Shown here: in pieces, positions 37,302 to 49,234 of the stretch | How the letters are laid out: the number at the start of each line of letters is the position of its first letter | Position numbering within the stretch: the stretch's first letter is position 1 | Assembly (NCBI RefSeq): GCF_030028105.1 | Contig: NC_092380.1 | Span: 55,177,717-55,241,716 of the forward strand | Direction of reading: 5' to 3' | From: Mobula birostris | Lineage: Eukaryota | DNA: 64,000 nt | Translations under genes and position numbers: made by a program | Notes under the pieces: model-generated | What the model was told of the DNA's origin: nothing | Database searches by the model: none | Seen by the model: only the letters and a program-made list of their open reading frames with translations

Positions 37302-39429
37302 TTAAAGCATCATGTGCCGACTTCAACTTCGATATCATCTGGTAAAGGAATGTAGAGAGTTCCACTTGCTGGAATTTTCTTTCATTCTTCATAATCATAT
37401 TGTTTCTCCTTGCTCCATTTGACTATTTTTTCAACAGGGGATGCAATGGTGTAAGCACCATCAAAATATCAGCGCGCAATCAAATGTAAAAATCTCCAGT
37501 TACAGCCTCAGCTCCTCCTTCAGTGCTGTCTTCTGGGCACTGGCAGTAACCTTCAAGCCACCTTTTGCAGCAAGTGCACAAAATTGTTATGTGTTAACTT
37601 CACATTGTATTGATGTAGTCTCCTGAACACACCCTCCAAGATCAACAGGTTTTCTCCTATGCCATGGCAACTGACAGATCATCATAGTTACCCAGGAAGC
37701 ATTCTATTGCTAGCAAGGCTATATCTGCTGAGGACTTGGAAAATCCGAGTGAAGATTTGACCCCATATCTTGAGAGTGGATATAGACCTTAGAGTCTTTT
37801 GTGTGGAAGGTGGCACAATATGTAGCAACAGCCCAACTGCTTCAGCAACCAATCTCGATCCGCCTAACCTGTGCCATCTATTGGAGGTCATAGATGGTGT
37901 TGGTTTCTACAATCCTGATCCAGGTGAAAGAATGCTGTTAGTAGGTAACTAAACAACCACCAACGAATGACCCACTAGATTTTTCTAAGTACCACTTTTT
38001 GTTCTACCCTATACATTTCCTCCTCAACTTGACATTGGAACGTGTAGATCAGCCTGGGTTTGTGAAATGATCATCTAGTCCGATATGAATATGTTGATTG
38101 CACACTTTTATCTCACTGAAAATGTTTTTAAACATAACTTCATTCACTTCTAACACAATGCCATGATGTGACTTTGAAATGTCACTATTGGAAAAATTAG
38201 CAGGAGTTGTTTCAGCCAGTCCTTCCCCTTTAAAAATGATCTATTTTCATGGTATTTTACAGTGATGGGCAGCTGCACTCACTGTCCATTATGTTGTGCT
38301 GCCAGTTCCATTTACCATAATGTCCACCGAATCTCTCTAGTGTAGGACTTTACTATGACACAAATTTACAACTATGGTACCTTCCTGAACTTGCTTGATT
38401 TGTATCTTGGTTCACGGACAGTAGGAGTACAATTGTGCATGTCATTGGGAACATCTTTATTTGAAATTCTATCCACTGCCATTACCATTTTCAGCACAGA
38501 TACTGTACAATCACAGCTCCATGTTGTCCGAGTGAACCTCCAAACTGTGAAGTTCTCTTTCCTGTTGTCATTTTAAATGACCTCTGAATTGTTTGTCCTC
38601 GTATTGGACCTATTGGTTGTTGAAATATGATTTTTTTTACACCAATTCAAACACTTGGCCTTTATGAATTGATAATACTGAGGAAAATGAATAAATTAAA
38701 GTGGTAACGGCTGACTAAGTTGGTCTCAGAGCCTTGCTCTGACTCCATAACTGTGGATGGTAGATTTGCTGGTTGCTTGCGGACAATAAAGTTTTCTGGT
38801 ATTCTTGGAAGCTATTTCCACTGACCAATTAGTTTTAATGCAAGTATGAATTCTCAACAGCTTTTATTGAATATATTCATGTACCAGTTTAAACATTACT
38901 TAAGGGATGATCAAAAATGAATGAAAATGTAAGGCTATATTCTTTCCTGAAACAATGCACTCTCTAATTATCTTGCCCTCGTCCCAACTGAATAGTATTC
39001 AGCTATTTCTACAGGCTTCAGCTTAAAATACTCTTATAGTTTTTGTATATTTTTAAACAAGGCACGTTGAATGATGTGAGAAGATTCCTTTGCATGCCTT
39101 TGGCTTCTGACTTAGTCTACAACAAGCATATTGCTTTATTAAGGATTATGATTTGACATAATAAAGGATAAAATCCTTTATTATGTCAAGGATCTCCACA
39201 TAGTTGATTAAGACAGTGCTATCTTTGGTATGTGCAGAAGTCCAATGGTATGTTAATGCCTGTGTGTGTAGTCACTGTCATTTGTTGTGGTATGCACACT
39301 CAATGTTTCATATAGACAAAGACAAAAATAGAATTATGTCAAATCATAATTCCATGAGAGTGATCACAGAAAAGTATTATGAAATATCAGTTCCGTCCTG
39401 CAAACTCACATAAGACTGCTTTGAAAAGT

Positions 39430-39630
39430 CATGTGTATCAGCAGGTTAATTGCTTCCTGTAATTGCCCTCAGTGTGTAGGTGATTGGTAGAATGTGGAGG
39501 CGGGGGGAGCCCTTAGGAATGTGGAAGGAATAAAACTGGATTTGTGTCACATTGGTTGAAATGGGTTCTTCATGGTTGACATAGACTCAATGGGCTAAAA
39601 GATTATTTTTGTGGTCCACAAATCTATGGC
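39430..39630 (+). mobile_element. HE1/V-type SINE fragment
   Basis: ggttaattg...tgtaattgccctcagtgtgtaggtga V-domain-like motif. Confidence 0.55.
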
Positions 39631-40799
39631 TTGCCAAGTGAGAGTTATCAGTATCCTTGAAAATTCCTAAGAAAAATTTCCACATTTGTTGCCAGTTTAG
39701 ACTTTCATCACACATGAAGCAGGACATATATACAAGTTAATTTGCAAAGTAGACTATCTAATATCTTTAATTTCTTGCCACAGACTTTCCGCAAGTACAA
39801 AGACAGTCGCGCCTGTTCAGGATTACTGTGTGAAGAGAAAACAGCATGTCCAGGCTGAAATTTGTAGTGCAGAAATCTACCGTTTGATTATTCAGATATG
39901 TTTGAGGGGAATTAATTGAATGAAAGAATCCCACAACGTGAATGAAGTCCAAACATAAGGAAACAAATATTACATAACTTGATCATATAACCTAATCCAT
40001 ACAATTTGAATATTGGTTGCACTATAATTTATATCGGTACAATGAGAATCATATTGTGCATATATTGCAACTCTTACAGTACATGTCCAGAGGATGTGAG
40101 AAACAAATAAAGTAGAACTAGATTCTGTATGTAGCATTTGTGTTCTTGAACCACTGTACAAGTATTCAAGCAATAGAATAAAGATTGGAATTTAAAAGCG
40201 AACTTCACCATTTTAGGTTTTTAATCTCCTGTCTCTGCAACATAAGACTTTATTTTTCCTTCCCCTTCTTGGGATTTTAGCAGGTGGTCTACTGTGATTT
40301 TAAGAACATCAGCAATCGCCAATAACAGTCCTTAGCAAAGTGAAAGAATGCAAGCAAAGTCACAGACAGGAACTTATAGGAAGTGATCAAACCCACAATT
40401 TTCACCATCACTTTTGGAAACCTTTGTCTAACCTAATGGAGAAACCCCTAAAATACCAGCAAAATTCGCAAAATTCTCTGCTGGGATATTAGAGTTTCTG
40501 AATTTCAGTCTAAATTTTAGCATGGTTCTGCTTTCACGGTTTGCCCACAATAACGCAGAGTTAAATGAAACCCACAGCACAGGAACAGGCTATTGAACCC
40601 AACATGTCTGTGATGGCATAAACACTCAATATACTATATGCCCCTTCTACAGCCTAGTGGAAGATAATCAGAAGGTCTTCCATAAGGAATTATTAGTTAG
40701 GCAAAGATAAAATAAACACAGTTCATAGGAGTAGAATGTGAAGAAGAAGTAAGGATCAGGACTAAACAAATCTTTGTGTTAGACTACGATTAAATTCTA

Positions 40800-41004
40800 A
40801 AAATGTGCTTCCTCTGCATGGTCCAGATTTCTCCACATCCCAATGATATGTGGATCTGTACGTTTGCCAGCCAGTGTGAATTGCCCCGGCTTCTCAGATA
40901 GAATCTGGGGAGAGTTGAAGAAAATAAGGGGAGAATAAAATGGGATTATTGTCAGATTGGTGTAAATGTGTGTTTCACATTTGGCATTGATTCTGTGAAC
41001 TGAA
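40800..41004 (+). mobile_element. HE1/V-type SINE, target of the Gypsy insertion
   Basis: tttctccacatcccaatga...tgtgaattgcccc; its tail resumes at 45822 (ctgaaggatatattttcatgct). Confidence 0.55.
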
Positions 41005-44000
41005 TATTGGCTATTTAAAATCTCAGTAATATTTGAGTAATAGTTTGATTAAGCATTCTTTGGTGTTTACATAATTAATTACAGGTTATATTTAAAAGTA
41101 CAAGAATGGCATACATCATCACACCACCATGTCAAGTGTGTGTGTTTCACTTTGAGTAAAAGCGAAACCAAGACACGCATCTCTCGGTATCCCTTGCTTT
41201 TCTTGCAATTAGTTTTACCTTTTGGAATAACAAAATATTATTGTGACAGCAGCGATGAGGAAGTTTTACACAAATCCAAGACACCCAACTGCCAACTGAA
41301 ATGCAATTAGACATTTGAGTTTTAAAAAAAAGTGCAGCACATGCTTCTTCAGCAGGGGACAGAAAAGAAGGAATTAAGAAAAGGGCAGAAAATGGACAAA
41401 ATTCACAGCTTCATGAACAGTGAAAATAGGTGATAAAATCATAAATAAAAAAATGTAAAAGTAGCTGGCTACATTGGAAAGATAGACAAGGTTGATTGAA
41501 CAAGAGATAACTGAATATTGTATACTGAGCAAATTGAGCAGAATTTTGAAGCAAATGAAATAGCCAATGAAAAACCGAGGGCCAATTTTGCTGAGTGCAT
41601 TGGATTTAGAGGCATACAGTTTGCTTAGGGCTTGACAGCTCCAAGCAAGTTAGATAAGATGAACTTTGCTGATATTGTGAAAGTAACGCTTGGACATTTA
41701 GAGCCAAAACCATTGTTGATTGCAGAAAGCATTAGGTTTCATAAGCAGAATCAAAAGGAAGGAGAGTATATTTCAACACAGGTGGCTGAACTGAACTTTC
41801 TTGAGCATTGTCAGTTCTGTCATGGGGTTAACGATGCACTGAGAGATCACTTAGTTTGTGGGATCTTATAAGAAAGCATTCAAAAATGGCTCCTAACTGA
41901 AGCACAATTCAGATTTAAAAGTGTAGTTGAAATAGCTGTTTCAGTGGAAACAACAGACAGAGATGCAATTGAGTTGCAGTCAGAACTGAAAGTGAGCATG
42001 AACAAAATTGCAACACTTAAATAGAAATTGGCCTGGCTAAACAAATTCTGTTATAGCTGTGGCAGGGGCTCAGACCAATTCAGGTTTAAAGGTGAAACTA
42101 GCAGAAAATGCAACAATGTGGAACACATATAAAGAACATGTCAGGCAGACAAAAATAAATGAACTACACAGTGAAAAGTAAAAGATACAATCAAGTTGCA
42201 GTTTTAAAAAGAGCATGCATCTCCATGCTGTTGATGAAAAATCTGATAATGATGAAAATGGCATAGCACTGATTAGCCTGGAGATTTACAATGTTAAGAC
42301 TAACAATAGACATGCAATATGGCTTTCACCAGAAGTGAAGAGCAAATTAATTAAAATGGAATTGGACACTAGCTCGGCTGTTTCAGTCATTCCACAAAAT
42401 GAGTTAAATGGCTTTTCAAAGATACTGAACTGAAAGCTGCAGATCTCCAGTGAAAAGACAGCTCCTGTCGGAATGACATTCGTAACAGTGAAATACAACA
42501 ACTAACCAGCCACATAGGGTTTGCATGTAGTAAAAACAGGAGGGCCAGTATTGTGGCATCGTGAGTGATTGAGATTAGCACATCTTGACTGGAGGTCCAT
42601 CCACCATTTGCATGCCACATCCGCTGTAAAAGAGTCAACTGAAAGCGAATTAAGAAACGTACTGGATGATGGCACGGGAAGGATGGCACTGGAAAACTCA
42701 ACCATATCAAGGATAAAATAATGTTAAGTGAAAATGCCACACCCAAGTTTTACTAAACCTTTCCGGTCCGTTATACCATCCATGACAAAGTATCCAATGC
42801 ACATGGAGACTGAAGGATTCCTTTTCAAGGTTGAATGGAGTCTGTGGGCAACACCAGTTGTCCCAGTAGCCAAGGAGAATAGATCTTTCAGTATCTGTGG
42901 TGATTTTAAGGTCACCATCAACCCAATACTAAAAGTAGATCAATACCCTCTGCCCAGGATAGAGGATATCTTTGCCTGCCTACAGATGGAGGTGGAAGCA
43001 GAATCCAAAGAGTTTCTCACTAGAAACACTCAAAGAGAATTTTATCACTATAATAAGCTTATTTTTGGAGTAGCATCTACACCTGCACTCTGGCAGAAAA
43101 CTATGGACAAGGTTCTGCAAGGCTACCCAGGCATGCAGTGTTATGTGGATGACTTCATTGTTACCGGTAAGGATAAAAAGGAATATCTCCAAAATCTCAA
43201 GACAGTATTAAAGAGATTAGAAGATTATGGGCTCAGAGCACGGTGCAATAAGTGTGAATTCTTTAAACCATACTGCGGGGTCACACCGTTGATGCACAAG
43301 GATTACACAAGTGTACTGAGAAAATGCAAGCAGTGGTGGATGCCCCGAGGCCAAAGGACGAGTCACAGTTGCAGTTCTTTTTAGGATTTGTTATTTGTCA
43401 ATTACTATAGCAGGTTCTTGTCAAACCTGGCTGCTGTGCTTCATCCCATGAACTCATTACTACAGAGCGTAAGAAATGACAATGGAGAAAGAAGTGTGAG
43501 GTGACTTTCAAAGTGGTAAAGGATATTGTGATGACAGACACTGTTCTCACATGTTATGATCCACATTGTCTAGTGAAACTTGTTCATGACACCTCAACTT
43601 ATTGTATAGATGCAGTCATGTCACATCTTATGAGTTATGGAAGTGAACACCCCATAGCTTTTACATCATGTTCCCTTATCACTGCAGAGAAAAATTATGC
43701 GCAGATGGACAGAGTCTGGGGTAAAACATTTCAACTCGTACCTGACTGGAAGGGGGTTTACCCTCATTACTGATTATCAACCACCAGTGTCCATTTTCAA
43801 TCCAGAGAAGCTGTTCCACTAACAGGAGCAGATCGAATGCAGAGATGGGCTGTTTCTTAGAGGACACAAGTACAAGATCAAATTCAAGAGAACAACTAAT
43901 CCATGCAGATGGATTGCCTGTTTACCATTGGAAAAGGAAATACTTGAAAAATTTACAAAGTAGGACACACCTCTTGTCATATTCTCTCTAATGCAAGTTG

Positions 44001-45821
44001 AACATCTCCCTATTATGGAAGGGATGATACAAAGGGAAACCAGAAAAGACCCACCCTCCACTGTCTCAGGTCCACATGGCAACCAAAAATAGCTGGAATG
44101 TGTATCGTTTTGCCATTTTTACCAGTGCCAGGTTGAACTTGTTTTGGATGGGGTTTGCATTATGTGGGGATTGAGAGCTGTTGTACCTTCCAACCTGAGG
44201 GATATTGTATTGAAGGAGCCACATATGGTCACCTAGGCATGGTCAAAATGAAAGCGTTGGCTCAAAGCTTTGCCTGGTGACTCGGGACAGATCAGCAGAT
44301 CGAGCAGCTTGTCATGCACTGTTTGGGATGCCAACACATCCAAATGAAAGTTGTCCTGAGCTGTCAGAGCTACTTCCTACTGTCCCATGGTCAACTGCTA
44401 CAACCACCATGGAATAGGCTCCAGAACCTGAGGTTATTTCACAGCCACAAGTCTCACCTGCTAAGCAGAGTGTCCACTCTCGTCAGGAAAGATGTTATGT
44501 CAGTTAGTTTTGAGAAGTAGAGAGGCTCCAGAAGGACATACAGATTAGGAGAATGGGCAAAGAAGTGGCAGGTGGAATACAGTGTCAGGAAGTATATGGC
44601 CATGAACTTTAGTAGAAGAAATAAAAGGGTAGACAATTTTCTAAATTGAGAGAAAATTTTAAAATCTCAGGTGCAAATGAACTTGGGAGTCCTTGTGCAG
44701 GATTCTCGAAACATTAATTTGCAATTTGAGTCTGTGGCGACGAAGGCAAATACTATGTTAGCATTCATTTCAAGAGGACTAGAATATCAAAGCAAGGATA
44801 TAATGCTGAGGTTTTATAAAGCACCAGTGAGGCGTAACTGGGAGTATTGTGAGCAGTTTTGGGCCCCTCACCTAAGAAAGGATTTGCTGACAGTGAAGAG
44901 CATTCAAAGCAGGTTCACAAAAATGATTCTGGGATTGAGAGATTTGGTGTCTCGGAGCATTTGATGGCTCTGGGCCTCTACTCACTGGAATTCAGAAGAA
45001 TAAGAGGAGACCTCATTGAAACCTGTTGAATGTTGAAAAACCTCGAGAGAGTGGATATGGAGAGGATGTTTCCTGTGGTGGAGGAATCTAAGACCAAAGA
45101 TCACCGCCTCAGGATCAAATGTGTCTTTTTATAACAGAGTTGAGGAGGAATTTCTTTAGCCAGAGTGCTGATTGTGTGGAATTTGTTGTCACAGGCGGCT
45201 GTGAGGAAGCCAAGCCATTTGATATTTTTAAGGCAGAGGTTAATAGATTCTTGATAAGTCAGAGGATGAAGGGATACAGGCAGGGAGAAGACAGAAATTT
45301 AGGGCTGAGAAGAAAAATTGATCAGCCATGATGAATTGGCAGAGCAGACTTGATGGGCCAAATGGCCAATTCTCTTCTTCTATCTTATGGTCTTGTCCCA
45401 CAGGAGTAAGAAATTGTCCACAGTGATTAAATCTTTATGCCTGAATAAGACAATTTAAAATTCACATATATGGTGGATGTCTATTTAGTGGATGTATTAT
45501 ATAGATATAAAAGTTGAGATGCATTCTATCATTCTATATTGAGTTAAACTTTTTAGCTACCCAGGAAGGAGTGTTGTGCATTTAATATTTCAGTAATATT
45601 TGCATAATTTGTAAAAATATTGTTTAATTAAGCATTTGTTGTTGTTTACACAATTCATAACGGGTTATATGTAAAATTACATGAATGGCATACATCATCA
45701 CTCCACTTTGTCATATGTGCACATCTCACTTAAAGCAGAAATTATACTAAGACACACATCTCTTGGGCTCTCTTGTTTTACTTGCAATTATTTTTCTGCT
45801 TTGGATTTACAAAATATAACA
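41005..45821 (+). mobile_element. Gypsy/Ty3 LTR retrotransposon, both LTRs present, decayed gag-pol
   Basis: LTRs ~41005-41245 and 45572-45821; TSD CTGAA; purine tract before 3' LTR; gag EPKPLLIAESIRF, protease MELDTSSAVS, RT WATPVVPV/ICGDFKVTIN/YVDD, RNase H HPIAF...AEKNYAQ, integrase zinc finger CLGCQ. Confidence 0.92.
44499..45396 (+). mobile_element. CR1 3' fragment nested in Gypsy
   Basis: KANTMLAFISRGLEY and WEYCEQFWAPHL; removing it rejoins Gypsy ERCY|PTGVRN. Confidence 0.9.
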
Positions 45822-46961
45822 CTGAAGGATATATTTTCATGCTATGAATGAACAACCTCCCAAAATCCAACCTAAATATTATTTAAATACTAGCTAACTA
45901 AGAGCATTTTACCAATTTTTGTTCTTTTTTAACTGAGCATCTTTTTATTCTGTGCTACGACACTAACAGCAGGTAACTACTCTATTCTAATGAAATCACT
46001 GATAACCCTTAACCTATGAAAGCACTAGCACTGCCACCATCTCACTTCTATTCGTCATCACACAGTTAAATCCCAGCCAAGAGATTCCATAGCCAGTCTT
46101 GGATGAAATTAAGTGATTCCTTTGGGGAATGGCTTCACTGACCAGATGTCTCTAGCCAGGTCTGGGGAGAGACGTTGGGCCAAGCAGAGGAGGGGAGTGG
46201 TGGGAGTTGGGGGGGGGGGGTTTGCGGGGGAAGCAGCTGCAATGCCTTCCTGGTTGTCGTGGACACCAGCTTTCCCATCCATCCTGCAGCAGTGAAGAGG
46301 GGAGTAGCTGCCAGCTGTTGTCACTGTGCCACCGGGATAATAAACAAGTGGGAGGCTTGTGCTTGGCCAGCTCACAGGCCTCCAAACAAAAAGGCAAAAG
46401 AGAAATCTCCTGTGCCACAAAGCCGCCTGTGTGGCTGCTTGCTTCTGTCCAATTCCTGAAAGCGAGTATTCCTTCCTTCATTCCCGAAACTTCAGATGCC
46501 ATCTGCAGCAGCAGGGGATGCGGTGATGAATCTGTTTGACGATCTGATGATGCAGGTTCATTTAATTGGAAATGCTTCCCCGCCCCCCACCAGCCTTACT
46601 TATTGAGAAGTTAAATGGTTTTACGAGCTTAATCCTTGACTTTCAGAGCTTGTTTTCTTGGACTGGTTTGCCAGTTTCAGTCTCATTCCATCATTTCAAC
46701 AAAGCTTAATTAAACTCCCCTGCAAAGATAAACTAATAGGACACGGTTTAACCCTTGCAGTAAAGTTCATCTCCTTCCCCACCCCCCTACCATGCCCCAC
46801 CATCCCTTCACTATTAATAAGAGTTGATCTAGATAGCTATCTCCCCAGTACCCCCACCCATCTCTTTGCTCAAAGTTTTAAATGTCTAATTATAGCTTTG
46901 CTGAGCTAATGATCAATACATCAGAGACCTCAGGATAACTTTGAAGTCAGAATACACTAGG

Positions 46962-46965
<4 letters not shown>

Positions 46966-47039
<74 letters not shown>
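46966..47039. repeat. Perfect (GA)n microsatellite, ~37 units
   Basis: Direct reading. Confidence 0.98.
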
Positions 47040-47042
<3 letters not shown>

Positions 47043-47829
47043 AGTTTTCAGAGGTTGGGGGCTTAGGGGTGAAGATGGGGCTGGAGGAAGTGAGAGATGG
47101 AAAGGAAGGAGATAATAAATAATGTTCTTCCCCCACCCCCACTCTCCCACCCCACCTGCAGACTTCACCAACTCAACATACATAGAGTGGTGACTCTTAT
47201 GGTAAAACTATATAAATAGGCTCCATGCAGACAGTTGGGGCTTTCGTTCAGAGCCGCATCTCTACCTCAGGCTAACAAATGGCAGCACACTCGTTCAGCC
47301 CTTTATCATTAAAAAAGTTTCAAACTTCGTGTTCCATTGTGCGTCTCCTTCATCCAGCCCTTTTCACTTTCTAAGCTGGCTAATTACTACCATATATAGC
47401 CTGTCACTCTGCTGAGAATATAAATATGATTAGCTCCCCCTCCAACCGCCGCCTTTGTCTCCTTCCTCTGTTCCAGCTACCTTACACTTTCCACGTGACA
47501 GGAAATGTTATAACACTTCAAACGTTATTTTTACTTCTCTTACTCCCACCCTCACCTTCCCAAACAACTATCCCATCCCCACCAATAAACCCCAGACTGT
47601 CCCTCCTCCTCTCTTCGTTTTTTCATTAAAAGCACATACACTCAGCCTTCTGAACTCCCCCAACTTGTCGCCATGGGATGGCCTGGCCAGGATGTTCAAA
47701 TGAAACAATCAGTGTCTTTCCTGCCCCAGGCTAGTCCGGGGCTGTTAATGAAAGACTGTAATGAAAGTCCCCCACTGAGAGAAGAAGCACAGAGAGAGAG
47801 GAAGAGAAACTCAAAAGAAGCTCAACTCC

Positions 47830-47972
47830 CACAAAATACTGGAGAAACTCAGCAGGCCAGGCAGCATCTATGGAAAAATGTACAGTCCATAGATACTCCC
47901 TGGACTGCTGAGTTTTCCAGCATTTTTTGTGCGTTGCTTGGATTTCCAGCATCTGCAGATTTTCTCTTGTTT
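47830..47972. mobile_element. Fold-back Penelope pseudo-LTR insertion
   Basis: Inverted arms around a short spacer; TSD GAAGCTCAACTCC (47817-47829) and GAAGTTCAACTCC (47973-47985). Confidence 0.8.
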
Positions 47973-48151
47973 GAAGTTCAACTCCAAACAAGTAGGTGGG
48001 GCATTTATGGAAACTACCGGAAAATGATAACCATACTGCAGAAACATTACGCGCAAGGTTAATCTGCGTTCCTGATAAGACTATATGGAACGAATTTTAG
48101 CTGATCTCAAACACCTGGGACCAAAGGGACCAAATACCACGATACAGTGAA

Positions 48152-48415
48152 GAGCAACACACATAAAATGCCGGTGGAACGCAGCAGGCCAGGCAGCATC
48201 AATAGGAAGAAGTACGGTCAATGTTTCCGGTCAAGACCATTCGTCAGGACTAACGGAAAAAAGAGATAGTAAGAGATTTGAAAGTGGGAGGGGGAGGGGG
48301 AGGAACCCGAAGCATCAACTGTACTTCTTCCTATAGATGCTTGGCCTGCTGCGTTCCACCAGCATTTTGTGTGTGTTGCTTGAATTTCCAGTATCTGCAG
48401 ATTTTCTCATGTTTA
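48152..48415. mobile_element. Fold-back Penelope pseudo-LTR insertion with hammerhead core
   Basis: Inverted arms gcaacacacataaaatgc and gcattttgtgtgtgttgc; minus-strand CTGACGA...GAAA at 48215-48252. Confidence 0.8.
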
Positions 48416-48419
48416 CATT

Positions 48420-49228
48420 TTTAACTACAGTGAATCGGCTGTCTTGCACACTGTTCATACAGATCAGATCACTACACGGTGCATTGAGGTAGAACAAGGT
48501 AAAGTAATAGCAGAAAGCAGAATAAAGTGTAACAGCTACAAAGTAAGTGCAGGTTAGGCAAAAATAAGGTACAAGATCATAGACTGTGAAGTTAAGAATT
48601 CAACTTATACTAAGGAGCCTTTTAATAGTCTTATAATAATGGGGTTTTAGCTGTCCTTAAATCTGCTGGTACAGGTTTTCAAGCTTTTGTATCTGTCTGA
48701 TGGGAGAGGTCTGGGGTGGATGGGATCTTTGATTATGTTGCTACTTTACTGAGGCTGTGATAAGTATTGAGAGTCCATGGAGGGGAGGCTGGCTTCTGTG
48801 ATATACTGAGCTGTGTCAATAACTCTCTGCAAACCCATGTCATACCAAGCTGTTATGCATTCAGATAGAATAGTTTCTATGACAGATTAATAAAAATTGG
48901 TAAGGGTTGATGGGAACATATCAAATTTCTTTAGCCTCCTGAAGAGGTGGGGCATTGACTGGTGAGCCTTCTTGGCAATGATGTCTACGTGGTTGGACCA
49001 GGACAAGCTATCTGTGATGTTCACTCCTAGGAACATAAAGCTTCCAACCCTCTCAATCTCTACAGCATTGATGTAGACAGGAGCTTGAGCACTGCCCCCC
49101 CCTTCCTAAAGTCAATGACCAGCCAACATTGAGGGAAAGTTATTGTCATTTCACCATGTTACTAAGCTCTCCGGCTCATAGTTATTTGAGATATGGCCCA
49201 CTATGGTAGTACCGTCTACAAGTTTGCA
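48420..49228 (-). mobile_element. Rex1/Babar-like LINE 3' fragment
   Basis: KLVDGTTIVGHISN (decayed FADD region); homology to 10900-11220. Confidence 0.68.
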
Positions 49229-49234
49229 TATTAA

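Noticed and set aside
46947-47183. SL-repeat protein ORF
   Set aside because: Translation of the (GA)n microsatellite
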